43,566 nucleotides of DNA from an uncultured Cytophagales bacterium (GTDB lineage Bacteria > Bacteroidota > Bacteroidia > Cytophagales > Bernardetiaceae): assembly GCA_964537755.1 (NCBI GenBank), contig CAZIAQ010000002.1, positions 1 through 43,566 on the forward strand. The letters are read 5' to 3'. Below, one piece after another: positions 28,199 to 37,278 of this stretch. The stretch's first letter is position 1. Every line of letters begins with the position of its first letter. A program made the position numbers and the translations under genes. The notes beneath the pieces are model-generated. The model saw only the letters and a program-made list of their open reading frames with translations. It was not told the DNA's origin and did not search any database.

Positions 28199-29085
28199 GC
28201 AAACTTAGCGGCTACTGGCGGGTTTTTGGTTCCCCCCGACCAGTCGTAAAAACCTCGTCCTGATTTTACGCCTTTATCTCCCGCATTGACCATATTGACC
28301 AACAAAGGACAAGGCGCATACTTAGGATTGCCGAAGCCTTGATACAACACATCCAAAATGGCCTTGCAAACATCCAGCCCAATAAAATCGGCCAGCAAGA
28401 GCGGCCCCATCGGATGAGACATCCCCAACTTCATCACCGTGTCGATCTCCTCCACGCCTGCGACCCCCTCGTGAAGGGTGTAGATGGCCTCATTTATCAT
28501 CGGCATCAAAATGCGGTTCGAGACAAAACCTGGGAAGTCATTGGCTGGCACAGGGACTTTATCCAGGGTCTTAGAGAGCGACATGATTTGTTCCGTCGTC
28601 TCGTCGCTGGTCAGGTATCCTCGGATGACCTCCACCAAGCGCATCACCGGCACGGGGTTCATGAAGTGCATCCCGATTACTTTTTCGGGCCGCTTTGTTG
28701 TCGCGGCTAGATCAGTGATCGAAATGGAGGAGGTGTTGGTGGCCAGAATGGCTTGGGGAGGGCAAAGGGCATCTAGTTTTTTGAAAATCTCTCGCTTGAT
28801 GGCGATGTTTTCCGAAGCCGCTTCAATGACCAAATCCGTCTCAACCACAGCCATTTCCAAATCTGTCAGGGGCTGCAAGCGGGCTAAGGTAGCCGTTTTG
28901 TCGGCTTCCGTGATTTGCTCTTTTTTGATCTGGCGATCTAAGTTTTTTTGGATCGTTTGGAGGGCCCGCCCCAGGGCATCCGATGAAATATCCACCAAAG
29001 CGACATCAAATCCTTTTTGGGCAAATACATGGGCGATGCCGTTACCCATCGTTCCTGAACCAATAACGGTAATGTGTTTCATCAA
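28195..29085 (-). CDS. hbd: 3-hydroxybutyryl-CoA / 3-hydroxyacyl-CoA dehydrogenase
   Basis: 296 aa. The N-terminal Rossmann motif is MKHITVIGSGTMGNGIAHVF, and the 3HCDH catalytic and C-terminal dimerisation domain are present. A 4-nt overlap with the mutY start. Confidence 0.85.
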   Translation of the reverse strand: MMKHITVIGSGTMGNGIAHVFAQKGFDVALVDISSDALGRALQTIQKNLDRQIKKEQITEADKTATLARLQPLTDLEMAVVETDLVIEAASENIAIKREIFKKLDALCPPQAILATNTSSISITDLAATTKRPEKVIGMHFMNPVPVMRLVEVIRGYLTSDETTEQIMSLSKTLDKVPVPANDFPGFVSNRILMPMINEAIYTLHEGVAGVEEIDTVMKLGMSHPMGPLLLADFIGLDVCKAILDVLYQGFGNPKYAPCPLLVNMVNAGDKGVKSGRGFYDWSGGTKNPPVAAKFA

Positions 29086-29120
29086 AAAAAATGCTGGTAC
29101 AGCTAGTCAAACCGCTAAAC

Positions 29121-29801
29121 CTAGCGATTGGTTTGGGCGTACCAAAACTGTAATACACGATCAATTTGGACTTCGAGCCACAACAACGTGCGATCTACGC
29201 TCCCACGCATCGAGAAAAAGTAAGCCACAAGCAAGGCTATCGAATAAAACAAGATGTCCAGATAAGCAAAGCGATCTGCGATAAAACCATAGAGTTGGGA
29301 TAAATCAAATATCTGAATAACAGTAAAATAGCTTAACTTGAGTGTCGCGACCACATAAGCAATCGAGCTGAATGTATTCCCCAGCAAACAACCCAAAATC
29401 GCCAGTACCACTGCCACCACACCAAAACGCGGATGCCGGCCACGCCCCAAAAAGCGTACCGCCAGCCCCACGACCAGCCCCACCAGCACGGACATATAAG
29501 CATGTTGTGGGTCATAAGCCAAATCTTTTTCGAGAATAATCGTGGATTCGGCCCAGGCAAATGCTCCGATGAGTGCTGCCAAAAGACCACCAATGATTGC
29601 CCAGGTCAAACTTTCTCTTACTGTCATGTCTTCGTTCGTTAGGTATAGGTTTGTATCCGATACCTCTGCCTCTTGCCGCTCAAGGGCTGCTCTGCGCTCT
29701 TGTAACCGCTTAAAAACAAAGCGTTTATCAGATTTGGATGGAGTGTTAGAGGGATGCACGGATGATGAGATGTTAAATGTTTGGTGTAAATCAATAGTCA
29801 A
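29121..29801 (-). CDS. Hypothetical integral membrane protein
   Basis: 226 aa. The N-terminal ~60 aa are polar and charged (RFVFKRLQERRAALERQEAEVSD), followed by ~5 TM helices. No family was recognised, and the true start may be an internal Met. Confidence 0.4.
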   Translation of the reverse strand: MTIDLHQTFNISSSVHPSNTPSKSDKRFVFKRLQERRAALERQEAEVSDTNLYLTNEDMTVRESLTWAIIGGLLAALIGAFAWAESTIILEKDLAYDPQHAYMSVLVGLVVGLAVRFLGRGRHPRFGVVAVVLAILGCLLGNTFSSIAYVVATLKLSYFTVIQIFDLSQLYGFIADRFAYLDILFYSIALLVAYFFSMRGSVDRTLLWLEVQIDRVLQFWYAQTNR

Positions 29802-30066
29802 TAACCATACCTATTTACGGATGAAAATACAGCCTGGATGACCCTGGACTAACGCTATATCCACTAACAAAGACTTTTTGGAGACCAACAAACGCTAAGT
29901 GTCGATTAAACCCGCAAAAACTTCGATAAAAAAATTACGATGTAAGATTTTCACCTCAAAACTAACCTTTTAGCCGCAAAATCCCCAAAAACGGCAGCAT
30001 AAAAAATATTTGTTTTTTCGATTGAATACATCTACATTTGTTCATTCATACAAACACAACGGATTT

Positions 30067-30264
30067 ATGGAACGTGAACGGATCATTCGTGCCTTTGCTG
30101 GCAGTTTTATTTTGATTTCTTTGTTGTTGGGCTACTATGTAAGCCCTTTGTGGTGGTGGTTTACGGCTTTTGTGGGTCTGAACTTACTGCAATCTTCTTT
30201 TACCCGCTGGTGTCTGCTGGATCGTATCTTGCAGCGCATGGGTATCAAGAGCTGCTGTGAATAG
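30067..30264 (+). CDS. DUF2892 (YgaP-like) small inner-membrane protein
   Basis: Start chosen at MERERIIRAFAGSFILISLLLGYY....WWWFTAFVGLNLLQSSFTRWCLLDRIL, a two-TM hairpin with the conserved W and C typical of DUF2892. Confidence 0.55.
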   Translation: MERERIIRAFAGSFILISLLLGYYVSPLWWWFTAFVGLNLLQSSFTRWCLLDRILQRMGIKSCCE

Positions 30265-30305
30265 ACTCCGTCTTTGAGGGCTTCGCCCGTCAAAGAGGAA
30301 AATTA

Positions 30306-31445
30306 CTACTCCTCCTGGGCTGTCAGGCACTCGACGACATCGGAAACGCGCCCCTTGCCATCCTTGAACTGCACAAAAAGCCGCTCGCCCGTAGCCGGTG
30401 GCACGCGGCTGGTGTACATCTCGTAGGCTTTCCAGTCCGTATCCGCAAAAGCAGCCCCCACGCCAAAGCGCATCTGGCTTGCCCCCACGGCAAAGACCTG
30501 CAAGCGCGTCGGGGTATCGAGTTGGGGCTGCTCCAACCACGCCGCACCGATGGGGATGGGCGGCGGCGGCTCGGGAAGTGCGCCGTAGGAGTACAAGACC
30601 ATGTTGTAGAGCTGAAAAAGATCGCGGCGGCGTAGCTGTTGGTGCTTGCGTTTGAGTTGGGCAAAGGAGAGATATGCGTCGATGGCCGCCTGGTGCTGCC
30701 CCGAAAGCTGCTCAATATCCCCGAGCGTGAAGAGCAACTGCGCTGCCGCAAACTGTTCCTTGCCTATTTGTTGGAGGGCATCCTTAGTCAGGCGGCGGGC
30801 TTGCTCGGCTTCTCCCATACTGACATACAAGCGCACCAGACGATACAGCCCCGACTGATAATCTTCGGAGTTTTGTTTGCCCGACGATTTGAGTTGTTGG
30901 AGGTAGCTCTGATAATACTTTTGGGCGGCATCGTAATCGTATTCTTTTTCGTAATAAATTCCCAATACGCGCTGGTGCAAGGGACTGCCTGCATCGGCTT
31001 TTTGGCGAGCCGTTTCGAGGGCTTCGGTCAGGATGTTACCCAACCAGAGCTTCCCCTGCTGCATCAGATCAAACGCTACCGTACCTTTGGGGATCGGCGG
31101 AAAAACCATCGCAAAATAACGGATCGGCGTATCCTCCTGGCAGGTGATATTGCCGATCTGGGCCTCCTGCAAAGCCACCAAAGGGAGGCGTTTGTCGGTA
31201 TCCACTTGCAGGTACCACTGGGGGCGCGTCGCTGAAAGGCTTTCTACATGAATTACATCGCCGTCCAGGCAGACCAATTCGAGGTATAGAACTGTCTGCT
31301 GGTCAGTCAGTTCGAGTTTTTGTAAGGTAAAGTTTTCCGAAGTCCCCATCCCGACGACTGGTGGCTCAATGACCGTCTGGGCTAAGGCACTTTGTCCCCA
31401 ACAGCAAGAGATGAGCAAAATCAGGAATAGGCAGCGTTGCAACAT
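30306..31445 (-). CDS. Hypothetical secreted protein with TPR-like helical repeats
   Basis: Start chosen at MLQRCLFLILLISCCWGQSALAQ, a signal peptide. The C-terminal half has TPR-like helices (YDAAQKYYQSYLQQLK..., LYRLVRLYVSMGEAEQARRLTKDALQ). It is transcribed divergently from the PIG-L gene. Confidence 0.5.
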   Translation of the reverse strand: MLQRCLFLILLISCCWGQSALAQTVIEPPVVGMGTSENFTLQKLELTDQQTVLYLELVCLDGDVIHVESLSATRPQWYLQVDTDKRLPLVALQEAQIGNITCQEDTPIRYFAMVFPPIPKGTVAFDLMQQGKLWLGNILTEALETARQKADAGSPLHQRVLGIYYEKEYDYDAAQKYYQSYLQQLKSSGKQNSEDYQSGLYRLVRLYVSMGEAEQARRLTKDALQQIGKEQFAAAQLLFTLGDIEQLSGQHQAAIDAYLSFAQLKRKHQQLRRRDLFQLYNMVLYSYGALPEPPPPIPIGAAWLEQPQLDTPTRLQVFAVGASQMRFGVGAAFADTDWKAYEMYTSRVPPATGERLFVQFKDGKGRVSDVVECLTAQEE

Positions 31446-31493
31446 GAATTTCTTACTTTTGTCTGATCGTCTGATGACTAATCCCGAAATACA

Positions 31494-33989
31494 ATGCCAA
31501 GATACGTTTTGTTGTTTTTTTTCGTGCTTTTTTTTCCGATCCTTCTCCCCGGGCAAACTCCCGAAATGAACGCCTCACAGATCGCCCTGGCTCTCCAACA
31601 CCTTCACGTACAGGGGCGTGTGCTGTACGTAGCCGCCCATCCGGACGACGAAAACACCCGCCTCATCGCGTATCTGGCCACCCACAAAGGCTATCATACG
31701 GGCTATCTTTCCCTGACCCGAGGCGACGGCGGACAAAACCTCATCGGGAGTGAAGTCCGAGAGCAACTGGGTTTGATTCGTACCCAAGAACTGATCGCGG
31801 CCCGAAAGATCGACGGTGGGGTGCAGTTTTTTTCGCGGGCCAATGACTTCGGCTTCTCGAAACACCCCGACGAGACCTTTGCGATCTGGGATCGGGAGCA
31901 AGTGCTGGCCGATGTCGTTTGGACGATACGAAAGTTTCGCCCCGATGTCATCATTACCCGCTTCTCCCCCGATCGGGCGGGCAAAACACACGGACACCAC
32001 ACGGCCTCGGCCCAGCTAGCCGTGGAGGCTTTTCATGCCGCCGCCGATTCGTCCCGCTTTCCCGAGCAGCTCAAGTACGTCCGTCCCTGGCAAGCCAAGC
32101 GCATCTTCTGGAATACCTCTTCGTGGTTTTATCGCAACGATCCAAAGGCTTTTGAAGAAGCCAAAAAACAACTGCTCTCCCTCGATGCCAGCCCGTACAA
32201 CCCTCTTTTGGGGCAATCCATCGGCACCATCGCGGCTTTGAGCCGCAGTATGCACCGCTCACAGGGCTTTGGAGCAGCCCTCCAGCGCGGGGAGGAACCC
32301 GAACTCTTCCAGTGGCTTGCCGGCGATACAGCGACGCACGACCTCTTCGAGGGCATCAACACCCACTCGAACCGCTACCCCAACACAGAACAAGTGGCTC
32401 ATTGGATCGCCCAAGCCCAGACACGCTTTACGCCCGCCGCCCCGCATCGCATCCTGCCCGAACTCCTCCAGGCTCGGGAGGCACTCTTGCCGCTTCTGCC
32501 CCAGCAACCCGAACTCGACCATCAACGCCAACGCCTCGAAGCCCTTATCTGTGCCGCTGCCGGCATTTGGGCCGATGCCACCACGACAAGCCCTACCGTT
32601 GCCGTAGGCGATAGCCTCCTTGTCCGCTTGCGTGCCATCAACAGAAGCCCCGTAAGTATCGTGATCCAGCAAAGCGATTTTGGGCAGACCCTCGATGATA
32701 CCCTTCGTCAAATGCCAAACAACCAAATGATTAGCTGGCAAAGCAAAATCCTACTCCCCGATACACTCCCCACCGCACAGCCTTACTGGCTCAAAAAAAC
32801 AGGCACAACGGGGATGTTCTTCGTCGATCAACAACACCAAATTGGGCTTGCCCAAAACCCTCCCGCCTATACCGTCCGCCTGCTCTGCAAGATCATCGCC
32901 GAAGGCACCGACGCCCAAATCCCCTTGGAGCTACCCGTCCAGTATCGGGAGGTGCGCCCCGACGAAGGCGAACGCTACCAACCCCTGGCCCTTGTCCCTC
33001 CCCTGACGGCACAACTCGAAAACGACCTCTTTTTGTTTGCCAACGACAGCCCCCAAGACCTCCGCCTACGGGTGAAATCTTTCCTGCCCAAAGCCCAAAC
33101 CATAGTACGCCCGCTTGTCCCCCACGGATGGATTATCCAACCCAGCCAACAAAGCATCCAGCTACAAGGGCGCGGCAGTGAGCAAGAAGTAAGTTTCCGC
33201 TTGATCCCGCCCTCCGAGCCAAGTGAAGACACCCTGCAAATCCTCCTGGAAACAGATAAAGCCACTTACCAACAGGGATTTACGCGCATCGACTACCCCC
33301 ACATCCCAAACCAATACCTCCTCCCGACGGCACAGGCCCGCCTTTCCCGCCTCGACATCCAGACCCGCCCCGAGGAACGCATCGGTTATCTCATGGGAGC
33401 CGGCGATAAAATCCCCGAAGCCCTGCGGCAGATCGGCTATGCCGTCGATTTGCTCCAGCCCGAGACGCTCACCCTGAGTGAGTTGCAACGCTACACGACC
33501 GTCATTGTGGGTATCCGCGCCTACAACACCATCCCGAGGTTGCGCTTTTTGCAGCCTAGCTTGATGCAGTTTGTCGAACAGGGCGGCAACCTGATCGTGC
33601 AGTACAACACCTCCTTCGGGCTAGTAACCGACCAGCTCGGCCCCTATCCCTTCAAACTATCCCGAGATCGAGTAACCGTAGAGACGGCTCCCATGACCCT
33701 CCTCAAACCCGATCATCCGCTACTCCAAAGCCCCAACCGCCTCACCGATGCCGACTTCACGGGCTGGGTACAAGAGCGCGGACTCTACTTCCCCAACGAG
33801 TGGGACGAACGCTACACGCCCATTTTTTCTTGCCACGACCCCAACGAAGACCCCAAACAAGGGGCCCTCCTCGTGGCCCGCTATGGCAAGGGAACCTACA
33901 TCTATACCGGTCTTTCGTTTTTCCGCGAGCTGCCCGCTGGCGTAACGGGGGCTTACCGCTTGTTTGTCAATCTGATTTCGTACCGATAA
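31494..33989 (+). CDS. PIG-L/LmbE family N-acetylglucosaminyl-type deacetylase, large multidomain form with a C-terminal ThuA/GATase1-like domain
   Basis: 831 aa with a signal peptide. The N-terminal LmbE signature is VLYVAAHPDDEN...HTGYLSLTRGDGGQN. The C-terminal region (TTVIVGIRAYNTIPRLRFLQPSLMQFVEQGGNLIVQYN) resembles the ThuA/class-I-GATase-like fold. Confidence 0.7.
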   Translation: MPRYVLLFFFVLFFPILLPGQTPEMNASQIALALQHLHVQGRVLYVAAHPDDENTRLIAYLATHKGYHTGYLSLTRGDGGQNLIGSEVREQLGLIRTQELIAARKIDGGVQFFSRANDFGFSKHPDETFAIWDREQVLADVVWTIRKFRPDVIITRFSPDRAGKTHGHHTASAQLAVEAFHAAADSSRFPEQLKYVRPWQAKRIFWNTSSWFYRNDPKAFEEAKKQLLSLDASPYNPLLGQSIGTIAALSRSMHRSQGFGAALQRGEEPELFQWLAGDTATHDLFEGINTHSNRYPNTEQVAHWIAQAQTRFTPAAPHRILPELLQAREALLPLLPQQPELDHQRQRLEALICAAAGIWADATTTSPTVAVGDSLLVRLRAINRSPVSIVIQQSDFGQTLDDTLRQMPNNQMISWQSKILLPDTLPTAQPYWLKKTGTTGMFFVDQQHQIGLAQNPPAYTVRLLCKIIAEGTDAQIPLELPVQYREVRPDEGERYQPLALVPPLTAQLENDLFLFANDSPQDLRLRVKSFLPKAQTIVRPLVPHGWIIQPSQQSIQLQGRGSEQEVSFRLIPPSEPSEDTLQILLETDKATYQQGFTRIDYPHIPNQYLLPTAQARLSRLDIQTRPEERIGYLMGAGDKIPEALRQIGYAVDLLQPETLTLSELQRYTTVIVGIRAYNTIPRLRFLQPSLMQFVEQGGNLIVQYNTSFGLVTDQLGPYPFKLSRDRVTVETAPMTLLKPDHPLLQSPNRLTDADFTGWVQERGLYFPNEWDERYTPIFSCHDPNEDPKQGALLVARYGKGTYIYTGLSFFRELPAGVTGAYRLFVNLISYR

Positions 33990-34056
33990 AATCCATAGGA
34001 TTCGGGATTTCTTCCTATCTTGCCTTACCAAAAAAACACTCAGACCAAGCCAAAAC

Positions 34057-34713
34057 ATGAAATTTTTTATTGATACTGCTGATCTTCAACAAATCGAACA
34101 GGCCCAACAGATGGGCATCCTCGATGGCGTAACCACCAACCCCTCCTTGATGGCAAAGGTGGGCATTTCGGGGAAGGATGCCATTTTTAAGCACTACAAA
34201 GCCATCTGCGACCTGGTGGTAGGCGATGTGAGTGCCGAAGTAATCGCGACCGACTACGCGGGTATCGTCCGTGAAGGAGAGGAACTGGCCGAGATCGACC
34301 CCAAAATTGTCGTGAAAGTACCCATGATTCCGTCCGGTATTCGGGCCATTTATCACTTTACCCAACACCAAATCAAGACCAACTGCACCCTGGTTTTTTC
34401 GCCCTTGCAGGCCTTGCTGGCCGCCAAGGCTGGGGCCACTTATGTCTCGCCTTTCATTGGGCGGCTCGACGACATCGCCACCGATGGGCTAGATGTGGTG
34501 GGACAGATTGCTACAATTTTTGAAAACTACGCTTTCCCGACCCAGGTCTTGGCCGCCTCCATTCGACATCCGATGCACCTGCTGGCCTGTGCCGAGATGG
34601 GCGTAGATGTGGCTACGCTGCCCTTTGCCGTCATCGAAAGCCTCTTTAAGCATCCGCTCACAGATGCCGGCTTAGCTAAGTTCCTCTCCGATGCCCAACA
34701 ACTGAATTTGTAG
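34057..34713 (+). CDS. tal: Transaldolase / fructose-6-phosphate aldolase (short subfamily)
   Basis: 218 aa. MKFFIDTADLQQIEQAQQMGILDGVTTNPSL..., with the Schiff-base lysine region IVVKVPM, matches Fsa/TalC-type enzymes. Confidence 0.9.
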   Translation: MKFFIDTADLQQIEQAQQMGILDGVTTNPSLMAKVGISGKDAIFKHYKAICDLVVGDVSAEVIATDYAGIVREGEELAEIDPKIVVKVPMIPSGIRAIYHFTQHQIKTNCTLVFSPLQALLAAKAGATYVSPFIGRLDDIATDGLDVVGQIATIFENYAFPTQVLAASIRHPMHLLACAEMGVDVATLPFAVIESLFKHPLTDAGLAKFLSDAQQLNL

Positions 34714-34769
34714 GGCTTAGCCAACGAACCTTCGGGGATAGCTTTGCGTTATCTCCTAAAAAAAATGCC

Positions 34770-36206
34770 ATGTACGAGTTTACCAAAATCGAACGCATTA
34801 CGCCACAGGTTCGCCCCTCCAACGAGCGCGTCCATAACTTCAACGAAATACAGGAGATTTATACCGAAGAGGAGACGGCCTCTCAGGCGAGCCGTTGCTT
34901 GCAGTGCGGCAATCCGTATTGCAGCGCGACGGGTTGTCCATTAGGCAATTACATCCCGCAGTGGTTAAAGTTTATCGCCGAAAAAGACCTCCGTTTGGCC
35001 TTCGATATATCCAACGAGACTTCTCCTTTCCCCGAAATTTTGGGGCGCATCTGTCCGCATAGCCGTCTCTGTGAAGGTGCTTGTACCCTCAACGACGGCA
35101 ATGCGTACGAGACCATCGGTGCCATCACGATTGGCTCGATTGAGGTAGCCATCTCCGAGCAAGGCTTCAAGCAGGGTTTTACGCCGCAGTTTGCCCCCTT
35201 GCCGAGCGATGCCAAGCGGGTGGCTATCATTGGCTCGGGGCCGGCGGGGCTTTCGTGTGCGCATTTTTTGTTGCGGGCCGGCATTCGTCCGGTAGTTTAT
35301 GAGCGTTCGGATGCTGCCGGCGGGCTACTGACCTATGGCATCCCGAGTTTTAAGCTCGAAAAAACTGCCGTGGATCGTCGGATAGCGGTCTTGCAGGCCG
35401 CTGGTATGGAACTTCACCTCAACACAGAAGTAGGCAAAGATGTCTCGTTTACGCAACTACACACCACACACGATGCTGTTTTTATCGCCATTGGTGCTTT
35501 GCAGGGTCGTGTCCTGGATCAGGAAAGCTACAACACCCCGAATCTCTACATGGCTGTTCCGTACCTGACCAACGCCCAGAAGATCATCACCGAACAGCCC
35601 TACGACAAAAAATACCACGTCGCCGGCAAGCACGTCATCGTGATTGGGGGCGGCGATACGGCCATGGATTGCGTCCGTACCTCCCTACGCCTGGGGGCAT
35701 CACGGGTGCAGTGCCTCTATCGCCGCGATGAAGCCAACATGCCCGGCAGCCGCAAGGAAGTACAGGCAGCCAAAGAAGAAGGCGTAGAGTTTATCTATCA
35801 AAAATCGCCCAAGCGGCTCCTCTCCGATGATCGGGGGTGGCTTGTCGGAGCCGAGTTTGTAGATACCCAACTCGTCCCCCAACCCGATGGCCGCGACCGC
35901 GTAGAGGAAGTCGAAGGCTCGGAGCGCGTCTGGAGTGCCGATGTTATCATTCTGGCTTTGGGTTTTAAGAACGAACGCCTGCCGTTTTTGGAGGAAAACG
36001 GTATTGCCCTCAACGAGTGGGGAGCCATCCAGGTAGATGAACACCAACAAACAACCAAAACCGGCGTTTTTGCCGGTGGCGATGGCGTGCGTGGGGCTGA
36101 CCTGGCCGTAACGGCGGCCCTGGACGGACGCGAGGCAGCTTTGCATATCATTGATTTTATTTTTAAAGAACAAGAACTGGCCCATGACTTTTCTGATCGT
36201 AGATGA
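34770..36206 (+). CDS. Glutamate synthase small-subunit-like NAD(P)H-dependent Fe-S flavoprotein (GltD family), orphan with no adjacent gltB
   Basis: 478 aa. The N-terminal 2x[4Fe-4S] cysteine clusters are CLQCGNPYCSATGCPLGNY and ICPHSRLCEGACTL. Two dinucleotide-binding sites follow (VAIIGSGPAGLSCA, VIVIGGGDTAMDC). No large-subunit gene is on either side. Confidence 0.8.
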   Translation: MYEFTKIERITPQVRPSNERVHNFNEIQEIYTEEETASQASRCLQCGNPYCSATGCPLGNYIPQWLKFIAEKDLRLAFDISNETSPFPEILGRICPHSRLCEGACTLNDGNAYETIGAITIGSIEVAISEQGFKQGFTPQFAPLPSDAKRVAIIGSGPAGLSCAHFLLRAGIRPVVYERSDAAGGLLTYGIPSFKLEKTAVDRRIAVLQAAGMELHLNTEVGKDVSFTQLHTTHDAVFIAIGALQGRVLDQESYNTPNLYMAVPYLTNAQKIITEQPYDKKYHVAGKHVIVIGGGDTAMDCVRTSLRLGASRVQCLYRRDEANMPGSRKEVQAAKEEGVEFIYQKSPKRLLSDDRGWLVGAEFVDTQLVPQPDGRDRVEEVEGSERVWSADVIILALGFKNERLPFLEENGIALNEWGAIQVDEHQQTTKTGVFAGGDGVRGADLAVTAALDGREAALHIIDFIFKEQELAHDFSDRR

Positions 36207-37278
36207 CGAAGCAGGTAGCTTACACAGCATTTATCAAGCCATCAACCAGATTGAGGAAGGATACAACGTCCTGAAAGCACCCAACGGAAAGATCGCTTTT
36301 GAGATCGCCAAAAAGCATCTCCCCGATCTGGTCATTACCGATTGGGAGATGCCCGAAATGAACGGCATCGCCCTCCTGCAAGCCCTCAAAGCCCACCGAC
36401 ACACGGCCGATATTCCCGTTATCATGGCAACAGGCATTATGACCTCCTCCCAAAACCTCCAGACAGCACTCGATGCCGGTGCCGTAGATTATGTCCGCAA
36501 GCCCATCGACCCCATCGAGTTGCGGGCCAGGATACAATCCGTCTTGCGGCTTTCGGAGAGCTTCAAAGAGATCAAATCCCTCAATGCCACCAAAGACCGT
36601 GTTTTTTCGATTATCTCCCACGACTTGCGCAGCCCGCTCAACCTCCTACAAGGCATCCTGACCATCTTCCAGCTCGGAGGATTCAATGATCCCGACGAGC
36701 TACAAAAGATGATGGCCAACGCAAGCCTCAACGTACAAAACATCTCCGAACTCCTCGAAAACTTGCTGAGCTGGGCCCGTATCCAGATCGAATCCGAGGG
36801 GCAAAGTATGCACCCCAGAGCCATCCAACTGCCCCATCTGCTCCGCAATACCATCCAGCTTTTCGGAGAAATGCAGCAACAAAAAGACATCCAAATCAAC
36901 CGATATTTACCCGAGCATCTGCCCGACGTTTGGGTCGATCCAGAAGCGGTCAAGTTGGTGCTACGCAACCTCATCAGCAACGCCCTCAAGTTCACGCCCC
37001 GAGGAGGGCAGGTCAGTATCCGGATAGAGGAAATTTCGGAGACAACCCTCAAAATTTACGTACAAGATACCGGCGTGGGCATGTCGCCGGCCACACAAGA
37101 GAAGCTCTTCCTGGGTATCACCGAAAGCCAGCGTGGCACCAACAACGAACGCGGAACAGGCTTAGGTCTAATGCTTTGTAGGGATTTTGTGGAATGGAAC
37201 GGCGGAGAGATCGGCGTAACCAGCGCACCGGGAGCAGGCAGCACCTTTTGGTTTACCTTGCCGAGCCATCGCGCGTAA
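36184..37278 (+). CDS. Hybrid two-component protein: N-terminal receiver (REC) domain fused to HisKA + HATPase_c, with no sensor domain
   Basis: Start chosen at MTFLIVDDE. REC has its phospho-Asp in ITDWEMPEMNG and VDYVRKP. The HisKA H-box is SIISHDLRSPLN. The HATPase N/G boxes are NLISNALKFT and GTGLGL. The start overlaps the 3' end of the GltD-like gene by 23 nt. Confidence 0.8.
   Translation: MTFLIVDDEAGSLHSIYQAINQIEEGYNVLKAPNGKIAFEIAKKHLPDLVITDWEMPEMNGIALLQALKAHRHTADIPVIMATGIMTSSQNLQTALDAGAVDYVRKPIDPIELRARIQSVLRLSESFKEIKSLNATKDRVFSIISHDLRSPLNLLQGILTIFQLGGFNDPDELQKMMANASLNVQNISELLENLLSWARIQIESEGQSMHPRAIQLPHLLRNTIQLFGEMQQQKDIQINRYLPEHLPDVWVDPEAVKLVLRNLISNALKFTPRGGQVSIRIEEISETTLKIYVQDTGVGMSPATQEKLFLGITESQRGTNNERGTGLGLMLCRDFVEWNGGEIGVTSAPGAGSTFWFTLPSHRA

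Noticed and set aside
27245-28249. 334-aa plus-strand ORF
   Set aside because: It lies entirely antisense to mutY, whose homology is unambiguous. The translation is low-complexity (R/L/G/A-rich), typical of a shadow ORF in a GC-rich coding region.
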